A stretch of 62,964 nt of DNA, the filler included, from Collodictyon triciliatum (lineage: Eukaryota): the NCBI GenBank assembly GCA_043381765.1. It is 7 parts of 7 records of this genome, joined end to end, with 100 filler letters (N's around TTAATTAATTAA, not from the genome) between each part and the next. Parts side by side here need not be neighbours in the genome. Positions count along the whole stretch, not along the records: positions 17,881 to 28,319 come from JBHJMP010002678.1; positions 28,420 to 38,845 come from JBHJMP010002679.1; 5 more parts are not named here. The stretch is one strand, 5' to 3'. The first letter of the stretch is position 1; each line of letters begins with the position of its first letter. The position numbers and the translations under genes were made by a program. The notes under the pieces were generated by a model. That model did no database searches. It was not told the origin of the DNA and saw only the letters and a program-made list of their open reading frames with translations. Shown here piece by piece: positions 23,001 to 35,520 of this stretch.

Positions 23001-26000
23001 TTGGCCCATCATATGGATTTGTTGACATGTGCGTCAACTTTTTCCCATCTCCTGTTGCAGGTGCCCAAAAGAAAGTAAAGTATTTACACATTTTCTAGAC
23101 AGTGCATGTTTCCCTCATGATGTGCTCTATTTATTGTCCCAATTCTCCTAATTTCACTGTGTTCACAATCCAATTTAAAGGTGGAAAGCACCTACACAGG
23201 TCCACTGAATACAGAGACTGCACAGGCGATGATACGCTGTGACCCGACTGGTGCATTAATGATGAACATTGTCAAGTTGTACTCGAAGCCCGATTGCAGG
23301 TGGGTATTCTGTTTCTGACAGTCTTCCCACATACACACAAAGGTCAATATTAAGCCAGCTTCCAGTTTTCTTTCTCATCTTGATAAACCTTAGTGGTTTC
23401 GATTCGTTCGGGAGAGTATTAAGTGGGACTATTCGGGTTGGAGACCGTGTGAAGGTTCTTGGAGAGGGATATACTTTGGATGATGAAGAGGATATGACGG
23501 TCCAGGAAGTTTCCAAAATATGGGTATTCCAGACAAGGTTATTTCCCCCTCAAACATATATTCCTTTTTTTTTTTTAAAAAAAAAAATCTCTCGATAGAA
23601 CTTCTGATTGTTAGTTCATTTAAATTGAAATGATGTTCGGGGGTTTTTTTTTCTCAATTGTGATGAGTATGCTTATACTAAATTATTCCATAGTTGGTGG
23701 CGGTGGTGGTGGAGAAATATTCATGAAATCAATTTATACATAATTAGGTATCGCATTGAAGTAGATGTTGCATATGCTGGGAACTGGGTTCTGTTAGAGG
23801 GTGTTGACGGGTCGATTATGAAATCAGCCACTATCACACAAGGTCGATATTCGCACTTGATTAATTTTTCTGCGTAATTCAGGAAAAGTCTGATTTTATG
23901 TTGGCGGTTGTGTGCACTTGCTAATAATGGAGCTAACCATATCTTGACCTCAATAGCGGACAGCGATGATGACGCTTTTATTTTTGCGCCCATAAGACAC
24001 AACACTTTATCTGTAATGAAAGTAGCAGTGGAGCCTATCAAGCCTTCAGAACTTCCCAAAATGTTGGAAGGTCTCCGTAAAGTGAACAAAAGCTATCCTT
24101 TACTCAGCACAAAGGTTGGTTACTATGCAACACTTACAGAAAGTGGTGCCTCTCAGTTCATAATCTTATAAAAAGTAATGCAAAAAAAAAAAAAGAAGTG
24201 TCAATAATAAATATGTGGATTCCATGCTCAAGATAGCATCGCTCATCAGGTCGAAGAGTCTGGTGAACATATTATTCTTGGGACAGGAGAAATCTATATA
24301 GACTCCGTTTTGCACGACCTTCGTAAAATGTAACTGTCCTACAGGGCTAATATTTGCCCCAATTTTTTTAATTTTTTTTCTTTTGGGCGTGTTTTGACAC
24401 AAGCCCCATTTTTTTTTCGTTCAAGGAAATTAAGAGCCATCCATCACGCAGGTACTCTGAAATTGAGATTAAAGTCTCTGACCCAGTTGTTTCTTTCTGT
24501 GAAACTGTTGTGGAAACTTCATCCTTGAAATGTTTTGCCGAGACACCCAATAAAAGGTTTTCAGACTTACTTATCTCTACTCTAGTGAATTTCGAGCTGA
24601 GAAATACTCATATGATATAGCATTCCGTAGTTGCCTCAACTAATGTATTCAAACAACCCCTAGAAACAAAATCACGATGATTGCTGAACCCCTCGAGAAG
24701 GGGCTTGGAGAGGACATTGAAAACAAAGTAGTAAGCATCAATTGGGAGCGAAGGCAAGGCCCAAATCAATTTTCGTTATGATGTCATAATTTTATATTTT
24801 CATATATTTTCTCTTTTTTTTTTCTGTCTCTATGTTCTCCATTCCAAGTATGAACGGCATACAATACATTCGATAGGAGAATCAGCGACTTCTTTAGAAC
24901 CAAATACGACTGGGATAATTTGGCATCTCGCTCCATCTGGGCATTTGGCCCGGAATCTAATGGCCCCAATATCATTGTGGATGATACACTTCCCTCAGAG
25001 GTCTCATCCATTTGAAAAAAAAAAAAGGATTAAAAGAGAAGAAAAATGACATTCAGGGATTTTCGTATTCCACCTACCAGGTTGACAAAGGGCTCCTCGG
25101 GTCAATTAAGGATTACGTCGTGCAAGGATTCCAATGGGGTACACGCGAAGGCCCTCTTTGCGACGAACGTAACTTTTTCCCTTTTCTTTTTGCTATTTTT
25201 TTATATCTAAATTACAGTATAACAGTTGCGACAATAATTTTGAGCCCTTCCTACCAACAAAAGACAAAAATCAAAAAACAAAAAACCTTTTTTTTTTTTT
25301 TTGTACGGAGAGCTCTTTGTTGAGTATATTTGTTCTTCTATTTACCCGTAAATGCAGCTATTCGCAACGTTAAGTTCAAAGTGATGGATGCAAGCATTGC
25401 ATCTGAGGCCATGTATCGCGGAGGAGGACAAATTATCCCGGTACGTCATCCTAAAAGCAAACGACAATTTTGTTATTACCTTATCATCTCGCCATCGCTC
25501 TTTCATTTTTTTCAAATGCTCTAACAAAATAAAATCTCATATCGTACGAAATTACCGATATCCTAATATCCATGTATGTACTAAGACTGCTCGTCGTGTT
25601 GCGTACTCTGCTTTCCTGATGGCAACACCGCGCCTGATGGAGCCCGTCTACTACGTGGAAATCATAACACCCGCTGATTGTATCACTGCCATCTACAACG
25701 TCCTGTCTCGCCGCAGGTAAAACAAAGTGCTATGCCACCCGACAGCAAGCCATCGTGCTTCATTTTCACTTCTCTGCGTGACACTGGCGTTTAGTGTGGT
25801 TCCAAAATACAAGACATCGGGTGTATTCCGCTGTGTGTGAGAGAGCCTCATGCGGTTCCTCACATTAATTGGAGTCTCTCACTGATAAAATTGCGTTGCA
25901 TTCTTTCTGTCTTTTCTGTAGAGGGCACGTCACCAGCGAAACGCCCAAACCTGGAACCCCGCTCGACATTGTGAAGGCGCTCATCCCAGTGATCGACAGC

Positions 26001-26609
26001 TTCGGCTTCGAGACAGACTTGCGCATCCACACCCAAGGCCAGGTAACACACTCACGAGAGAAATAGACAAATAGACAAATAGACAAATAGAGAAACTTAA
26101 TATGAATACAAAAGGATGTTGGAATGAACCCACAGCCCAACTTCAACACTTTCCCAATCTTTTCAGGCCTTCTGCTTGTCTGTCTTTGACCACTGGGCGA
26201 TCGTTCCTGGAGATCCACTGGACAAGGTTCATTCCCACCCAACAACATCTCAACCCACAGACCCAGCTCACAGACACTGCAAACACTTTAGAGCATCGAA
26301 CTCAGGCCTTTGGAGCCCAGCCCAGCACCTGCCTTGGCCCGTGAGTTCATGGTCAAGACTCGACGTCGCAAGGTTTAATCCATAATCCACAATCCACAAT
26401 CCACAATCCACAATCCACAATCCACAATCCACAATCCACAATCCACAATCCACAATCCACAATCCACAATCCACAATCCACAATCCACAATCCACAATCC
26501 ACAATCCACAACCTATGTGTAGGGGCTGAGTGAGGATGTCAGCATCAACAAGTTCTTTGACGATCCGCTCCTCCTGGAACTTGCTCGCCAAGAGAACGAC
26601 CTGATTTAA
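20073..26609 (+). CDS. EFTUD2: U5 snRNP 116-kDa GTPase Snu114/EFTUD2, complete, many introns
   Basis: [139 protein letters not shown] at 26607-26609. Confidence 0.97.
26377..26511. repeat. (AATCCAC)n 7-mer array filling most of the last EFTUD2 intron
   Basis: Direct reading. Confidence 0.95.
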
Positions 26610-26960
26610 TCGCGGCACAAGCCGGCATCTCGTGTGGCCCAAACGCTGCTAGGATACATCCCTGCACAGGTCGGCGTGCGTCTGCTCTGCATTTCAGTGG
26701 GAAACAGAGGATGTGTTTGCGTCTTGCCCAGCTGCAGGGGATAAAATCATTTTGATGAAGCAAGACCTCTCGGATTGGATTCCGTGTGATGTATTTTATG
26801 ATTGGGAATGGGATTGATGAGGAATGAAATGATAGAAAGAAGATAGAAGAGAGTGATAGATGATATTCACGACAAGGAAAAGGGAGAGAAAAACGAGTCT
26901 TGGTCGGGTTCGTTGACTCTTGCAAGGCGTCTTGGGCGACTCCGCTGTCGTAAGCCGAGC

Positions 26961-28134
26961 TTACTGGTCGTCGCCGAGCACTCCAAACATGTTGCTGGAG
27001 ATCGGTGCGGCCTTCGGCTTTGCGGTTTCATACCACGCCTCCACGCCAGTTTTCTGCCAGGCGAGAAAACAGCCTTAGACGCGTACCACTTTCAATCGAA
27101 GAAAGAAAAAAAGAAGATAGAAACATAAAAACAGGATGGTAGTATGTCAACCCATCTCAGTAGGTTGCGCACATACACATACCGATGGGGGCTTTTGTCG
27201 CAGGGCACTGTTTGACCACACTACGGCTCCCTTTGTGTCTGCTTGAGAGGGCCTACAGACATTACGATGGTCAATCAAGTGATATATATATGCACGGGCA
27301 CACCATGATAAATCATTTGGAAAGAGGGAAAAAATAACGGATCTAGATGAGGGTTAGAAGGAGCTACTTTTTGGTGACGGTTTCAGCGCCGAGTTTGGGG
27401 AACACCATCTCGCTGAGTTGAACTCCTTTGGTTTGTGGCTCTGCGGCGGCTTTGATTTGAATGGGTGTATGAGGGGCAGGAAGGTGGGGTTATGCACATG
27501 TTTTTGTCAGCGAAGGTTGATGGGGATTGAATTTCGTCGATGGTGGAGAATAGAGGGGAGGACTGTTGGCCAGAGGGTTTGCCACAGTCTTTTGCATAGT
27601 TGGCTGTATGCGTATTTACATCCATTACCCTCGCGCGTTGCGTTTGCCCACTTGGCCTCGGAACGCTTCACTAAAAAGGGTTGTAGTTAAAGGTTGGATT
27701 ATACTTTAAGTATGATAAAATGCTTTGGATTGTGGAGAAATAATTGTTTGGAGCGTTGAGGAAACCTACCTTCTTGTTGGGCTTGCTCCTCCCTGAATTT
27801 AGGGCGTTTTGTGTGTAGACAAACAAAGGACGAAGAAGGGGTAAAACAAAACAAAACAAAACAATAACAATATATTAGTATCATTCGAGTGTCGCTCCTT
27901 TAATCGAATAAAAGAAAAAATTATTCGATTATCACTTGCATTTTACTCTCGAGGCACGGATGAAGCCAAGGCTCATGTAATATCGAGTATATGGAGTTTG
28001 AGGAAGATATAATTAAGAGTTACGCACACCGAAGCGTTGGACGTAACGATGGTCTTTGAACCTGCGGTCACTCTGTTTTGTGCAACGTCGACAGAGGCAG
28101 TTTCTTCAACCCAACCCTGGCTGTCTACTTTGAC
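26961..28134 (-). CDS. Small low-complexity protein, CDV3-like motif order; 5' end lost at the spacer
   Basis: Seven short exons splice with consistent phases to VKVDSQGWVEETASV...EVKRSEAKWANATRE...EMVFPKLGAE...VWSNS...PISSNMFGVLGDDQ*. The family label is tentative. Confidence 0.6.
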
Positions 28135-28419
28135 CTGATAGGTGAAGTAGAGGTAAGGGAAACCGGGTGCATAAGAAAAAGAGAAAAGAGAAAAAAAGAG
28201 AAAAAAAGAGAAAAAAAGAGAAAAAAAGAGAAAAAAAGAGAAAAAAAAGAGAAAAAAAAGAGAAAAAAAAGAGAAAAAAAAGAGAAAAAAAAGAGAAAAA
28301 AAAGAGAAAAAAAAGAGAANNNNNNNNNNNNNNNNNNNNNNNNNNNNNNNNNNNNNNNNNNNNTTAATTAATTAANNNNNNNNNNNNNNNNNNNNNNNNN
28401 NNNNNNNNNNNNNNNNNNN

Positions 28420-28495
<76 letters not shown>

Positions 28496-28633
28496 AAAAA
28501 CAAAAAACAAAAACAAAAACAAAAACAAAAACAAATCAAAAGCTACCAACATAATTTTCTACCAAAGTCAGTAGATTTTTCATAAACCGTACGTTAACGA
28601 CTTGTCAATTTACTGAAATACAAAATATATTAG

Positions 28634-31600
28634 ACAGGTACTACAAAGATGAAACAGGAACTGGAGGTACTAAGGCAAAGACTCAAAGACAAGGACAACG
28701 ATTCGAAGAAAATGATGCAGTTACAATCACAAAAATTACTCAGAAGCGACAACGAGGTTCCTCTTCCCTGTTTTCCTTTTCCTTTCCTCTTCCTTTTTTT
28801 TTCCTCGTTTTTTTTCGTTTTTTTCGTTTTTTCGATTTTCCTTTCCTTTCTTATTCTTATCGTTTTCCTTCCATCCCCTTTTCTTTCTCTTTTATTTATT
28901 TTTAGACCTATCCTTGTTTTATTTTCCTTAAGTCATGGCATGATTTTACATACTGAACTTTTGCTAGATAATCTCCGAACTGACAAAAAAAATGACGGAC
29001 CAGCAGAACGAATTTTCCATATCCATCATAGCCATGCAGAAGCAGATAGAGTCGAAGGAACGAATGAAATGGGAAAAAACAATCGAAGACCAGCTACATT
29101 CACAAAGGGAAAAATATTCGTCTGTTACTCTTTCTAAAATAACATCGTGAAGAGACCATCCACCTTTTATGTGATATGAAAAATTAGTAATTCAAAACTA
29201 CCATATTATACTCTGATATTAAACCGATGGAAACAGAATTGAGCTATCAAATATATCCGAAGATTTCCGACTAGAAATCAAAGAATTACAAAGAGAGGTT
29301 GCTGAGAATGAATCAAGAGCAAATAAAGCCGAAAAGAAACTTAAAGAGCTCGTGTCCGCTGCAGAAGAGCGACTATATGTAAATAGAAAATTCAGTACAT
29401 ACTTACATCATCTAGTACAGAGTTGATGACAAATATAAATCGGGGGTTCTTTTAATACATTTATGACTACGGTTTCTTTCTTTCTTCCTTTGAAATCGAA
29501 TTGGATCAGATGGTGACAAAATTAAGCCGTGATATCAAGGAGCAAAGAGAGCGCTTTGAAGAAATCCTTCTTCGTAAGATAAAAGAGGACTTTGAAGGGA
29601 AACCATCAGATGGCCAATCAGTAGACCTTGTGAATGAATTGAGAAATCAAAAAGATGAAGAAATTCAGGTCCAACATACATATCCCCTTCTTAGTCAACT
29701 ATCCTAGTGCTCTTCTGTTTGGCTGACTCAACTTGCAAATAACTATAAAAAAAAACTTGCAAATAATTATATTTGCATTCATATTCAGGACCTGACGAAT
29801 AAATTAAGTGCCCGAGATGATGAGTTGGACCGGTTGAAGAATGAGTTGGATAGATTCGCTGAGAAAGGTATCCTTATCAACAATTCCACCATAGACGTTG
29901 CTTATACTTTTTCAATGAAACCTCGGTCATGAATCCGTAAGTCATGAAGGTTTTGATATATTTCAAAATTTAAAACTCTGTAAAAATCAGCGGAAGGCTC
30001 CAATATGAGTTCACTATCTGGTCTGCCCAGGGCTCGAAAGGGTGTTGATGCACATATTGTAGACAAAATAAAAGCTCAACTTGAAACAAGTTGTATGGCA
30101 TACGAGGTCGGAGAAGAACGGAATATATATATATATATTTATTGAATTGTATCATTCTTATCTCAAAAGAGAATATAAATCATTAGCGCATTTTTTTTTT
30201 AAAGGAACTGACGTTTCGGTAATCGCAATTTGATGACACGAATATTCAGGAATTGTGGTCGCGGCATATTGAGCTCTGCTTCAAGAAGGAAGATGTGGAA
30301 AAGACCTTGGATGAGGCTAATGACGAAAAGAACAAATTGTATGCCTGGGTAAATACCGTTTTCTTCATGGAGAGATGTATGTTTTGGTGCAAATATCTGT
30401 TGCGTCTGTCAAATTACTGACGATGGTATCGATCTTACTCAGAAATTTGGAGTGGAGAGCAAAATATCCAAGATTGAGGAACTCATGCTTGGGAATGGGC
30501 AGCATCATAACTTGGAAAAGCTAGATGGAAGTTCCTCATCGCTTCTCAGCAGAAGGAAATCAAGAGTATCCTTAATCTCTTCTTCGGGAGGAAAAGTGTC
30601 GAATCCAAGCACTCCTAGACTGACATCAAGGTCGCGGTCTCAGTCTATCGCCCAAACACCAACATCAGAGGGTGTCTTTAGTGAAAGATTGGACGAAATA
30701 CTCGGCGTGCTTCAAGTTGAAAGTGACCATACATTCAAATATAATTATGTACCATCATATTTGAAATTATCGTGAAAAGTCAATTTAAAGATACTTGGGA
30801 AACTCAAGTCAATATAGTTTGGTGAAGTATCTAGTTTCAAGCTTTTACTCGAATAGCTTACTTCAGCTTTTAAATAGGTGCAAATACTGTGTTTCATCAT
30901 CAAGAGGAAAGCAAGTCACGCTCCAGCAGCATATCTGGGCAACGTATATTTATTTTTATTCGTTTATTTATTTATCGGCACCTTTTCATTTTTTTGAAAG
31001 TATTTTCCTTTAAAAATAGAATATGTACAATCAGAATCAAAAGAATATCCACAAGGCTATCAAAGTCTGCACAATATTTTATTTCTTATTTTCTTATTTT
31101 TATTCGTTGAAAAGAAAGAATGTATATTATTTTGTACTTTTATAGATGCCAAGAACATCATCAACAAACGAGGTTCCTCTGGTGGGTCAGTTCCTTATCG
31201 CCATTCTTCTATTATCCAGCCTGGAATCCATAGAAGGGAATCAAACAGTAATCATCACGAGAAGCCAAACAGCATAACTGAAGAAGACGGCTTACTCAGA
31301 GAAAAGACTTTGTACCCCCACACCGAAATGAGTGAACTCATGAGCCAGAACGAAATTAATAAGGGAGAAACGGATAAAGTAGATGAAGAGAACGGTACAA
31401 GAGAAGTGAAATTGAGAAGTCGCCGCAACTCCATTCAGTATAACGATCCGACGAAGAAACCATTCGTACCCCTTTTGAATATGAACATGATGAAAGAAGA
31501 GAACAGTTTATCAGCCAAGGAAGATGAAATTATGGCTGAGAATGGAGGAAGCGGAGAAGAGAATATAGAAATTGCTGCCGACATTCCACATACAAGAGAT

Positions 31601-34404
31601 ACCTCTGCTGAACTCACATCTAAATCATCTTCACTTCGTCCTTATGATGGAAAACATGCCGAACTACCAGGCAGCGCCTCCAGTATGTCTATTGCTACAT
31701 CTGCACGTGAGACCGAAAAGCAAGGGTGGTTACACGAGCGTCTGTTTTTGTACAAAAGGATTGAAAATCTCGAAAATGAATTGATGGCAGCCAGGGGGCA
31801 GGTAATTTTATGTTAGATGATTAAACCCTCACAACGTTTCTTTGACCATCATTTCATTTTTCTCATAACATCACTTGCTTTTTGATATCTGAAGCATATT
31901 TTTATTAACCAAAGGTAAATCATCTCCATCGTACATTCAATTCAAGACAGCCAATGTCGAGCGTGAAAAAAAAAGAGATAACAACTAATGAAGTAAAAAA
32001 GGTTCATGAGGCTCTGCAAAGAGATATCGAGCTTCAAGAGGTGCATGCTAATATATTCGAACACTTTTTGGAGACGAAATCAATATCGCTTGTATATATA
32101 CCCTCAAGTCTTTGGATGTACTTGCGGTTTTTTTTTTTTTTTACAGTAAATATAGCTGATAAAAAAGCCTCCTAAAGAATTATACTTCGATATCATCAGT
32201 TCAATTTACGCTGGCTCAATAGGAGGAGACTTTGGCCAAATGGAAATTACTATGTATGGGACTGAAAAGAAGTGAGAGAATCAAACGCGTGACAGAAGCA
32301 CCCTCGTATCAGAAGCGAGTGAAAGATGAGCTAAGGTAAGGACATGTTTGAGATTTGTTATTAAAACATGGCTTATTTGGGGAAAATCCTGTATGAATAT
32401 TTCAATCTAGTTATTCTTTTTCCAGACTGACCACCGTCTACCTCATAACAACAGCAAAATGCCTGTATTTGATAGAGTCCATATTCGAGGGATATTTCAG
32501 AATGACAAACTTCGTGAAAAGATGAAATTTATCCAAGAAGAGAGACAGGCAAACACAGAACGAGTCCTAAATTCCATTTTGTTACTCGTTAGACCGACTT
32601 ATCCGAACGCAGGTTTTATATTCCTCATGTGTTGATAAATTTTTATCTGCAAAAAATACGACATATCATGCACATGCGATTCCGATTGTTATTGAGGGAT
32701 TGACACACTAATGTTGCTACGATAGAGTATATTCCTTTACCCAAGTCTGTAAATTCTGGTATAATAAACCTCAAATTCGGGTTCGTTCTTGATCAGAAAA
32801 TGCATATATTTTTCTTTCTTTAAACAAAAAAGTAATGATGTTCTCCTGTTGATTATACTGTTGACATGAAACCAAATAACAATGTTCTCCCGCTATTAGG
32901 CATCGTGATTCTAAGAGTATACCATCTCGGGCCAAACATTCGAAAATTGATGGACTTGTTAGTGAATTTACATATGTATCGAGCCATCAAAAAAATGCCA
33001 TAATTAAAACACATACTATTCAATTTAATGAACATTTAATTCTGCCAAACATTCCTGCCACACCTTTTATCATAAGACATTGTCATAAACATGAGCTAAA
33101 TGCATAATAGCGCTCCACCACCCCTGAAGAAATGAAACAATACCATCAGTTTATGGAGAATTATGACTCACTTCACCACGGCCTGATTGGAGCGGTTGAT
33201 ATTTCTCACTTTACAATATATATGTATTCTTCCTTGAGAATTAATTAGCCACAAGTATAAAAAGAAAAATGGTGTTGTAATTCAAATTATAAACTTCACC
33301 ACCAGGCAATTTTACAAGCCATGAAAAAAAAGAAATAATACTAATAAAATCCGTCATTTTTAATGCCTCATATCTTGTCCTCAACCTCACATGATTATTC
33401 TAGAACACATTTTGGTCGCAAGTTGCAAATAAGCCATCTGACGATGTAACTTTTCATTTTCCCAATCCTTACCTATCGTCCAATTTATTCGACATCTGCA
33501 TTACTGTTTTCCACCCCCAAGTTATTCTTCAGTAAAGGAATCTACAGGGAAGATATTACCATCTCTCTTTTTCTTTTTCTTTTTTCCTTCTTCGGATTGC
33601 ACAAAGTTTATTCAATCGATCGATACAGGAAACTGTCTCCATAAATTCATCGCATACCGCAAAACATCAAAAAATCGATGTTGTGGAGGGCAGCGGTACA
33701 CCTGAAGGAAAGGGTTCAGATCATTTGCAAAAACAGGAACAAACCCTGAAGACGCCGACACGTCCGAATTCATCCTGTGCTCAGACTCCACGCCCTCCGA
33801 CAAGTCGCCCGTCTACTGCACGCGGCTCACCCTCTCCAGCAGCAGGATTTCCGCGCCGTATTATCAAGGAAGTAGAAAATGAAGACCAATACAAAGAATT
33901 TCTTAATCAGCGAAACTCTTTCATATCTCCTGGTACAAACGCATTGAAGTTGGGAGGAGGTTTCAGCACGGATGGGTATCCACTCAATTTAAATATAATC
34001 CATGGTTTTTTTTTTCATTCGCAAATGGATACAGAGCTTTGTGTAAGGAGGAAAAAAAATTGGTATTCTTTGTTGGAATCCTTGGATTTATCAATTTGTA
34101 TGTGTAAATTCATCATAGGGGTTTATCCTATGCTGAAGGACGGTGAATATTTTCTGCTATCTATTATTTGGTCACAAATGCTTCTCCTTTTCTTCTTGTT
34201 CTTTTTCAATTTAGCGTTTGATTCCTAAAAACACTAATAAACTTATGCTGTTATTTTACTCTCAGATATATCCCACGCAAAACATCCTCAGCGCGTCCTA
34301 ATAGTGCTCCAAATCGATTGGCAAACACAGGTAGCTTAAAGGAGAAAAAAAATCTCGCCAAACTGAAAGTAAATAAAAACAAAGCAAATGTATTTGTGCT
34401 ATGA
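28634..34404 (+). CDS. Large coiled-coil / low-complexity protein of unknown function, 5'-partial
   Basis: Exons with heptad-like K/E/L content (MKQELEVLRQRLKDKD, ERLFLYKRIENLENELMAAR, KLREKMKFIQEERQANTERVL) and Ser/Pro/Arg-rich segments; ends KANVFVL-TGA at 34402-34404. Confidence 0.75.
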
Positions 34405-35520
34405 ACTTAAGCAGCCGCCATAGTCTTCTGTTTTGAAAACCTAAATCATTCCTCTGATGTCAGAGCCCATGCAATACACCATCAAAGGGCACCGAATAAC
34501 ACAATCCTCATCAGACAAGTAGGAATCCCCACCGAAATTACATGACTTGCTCATATTAACATCATTATGATTCCTTGGATATGCCATTTACACCATTTTC
34601 TTTGTTGGATGCAAGCCAAGCAATGTCGGAGGAACTCTAGCATGTGATACGAACTGACTTGAATTCTTCTGCAGAGCGGAGCTGAAAGATGTTTATGCAG
34701 CCAGCGACACCAAAAAGCCAATCAGACCGGGAGCGACAAAGTCATCAAAAAAGATTGATACGGCACCGCAAACGGCTTCACAATTGCTGCACGCACCAGT
34801 CCCTCCGTCTTCTCCAAGCACATCGCACGAGCCTCTGAATGAGTTGCTGTTGCCATAGAAGAATGACGATGATTCATTACATGTTCTTCCGTTCTTTGGG
34901 CTTTTACGGTCAAAATGCTTTCTCGGGCTAAATGTGTTGGAATGTTTATACTATGTATCGATTAAGAGAAATAAGAACACCAATATGCACGGTGGGTTGA
35001 TGGATATATTCCGTCGATTTATATTGATAAAGTATACTAAAATAAAGTTGATATTGACGAAAATTGGCGGAAAGAAACGAGCAGGACTCATAAAAATTGA
35101 AAAACAGGTGTCCCAGTCTCAAGTATCACATTCATCTAGATGTTATTCGCCACCACTGCAAATAAGCATGCATTTCAATGATTCTATCATTCTTTGTTTA
35201 TTTCCTGGAAATCGGTGATGATTCGATGCCATAATGTGTTATAGGGAAAGCAATTCTCATTTATCTGCCATGCTTCTGAGTGAAGGAAAAAAATTGGGGG
35301 GAATTGCACATGGTAAAACATGAGTAATAAAGTTAAAAATAATGAAGATGCATCAAAGTTAGCGGGGTAATTGGTAGCTTTCGCATCAAATAAACAGCAA
35401 CATGCAGCTTGGGTGATAAGCGAGGTTCAAAGCGAAGATTCAGGAGAAAAGAAGACGGAGAGAGAAGTCGTGATTTTTGTTCTTGTATTTGTTTTGTTTT
35501 CTCTTCCCACCACAGATAAA

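Noticed and set aside
26377-26511. (AATCCAC)n and (CCAAAAA)n arrays as telomeric or CRISPR-like repeats
   Set aside because: Intronic head-to-tail microsatellites without spacers; not at chromosome ends
29868-29990. Intron starting GTATCCTT (U12-like donor) in the coiled-coil gene
   Set aside because: No TCCTTRAC-like branch site near the acceptor, and the exon ends in AG as for U2 donors; could be U2 or a converted intron
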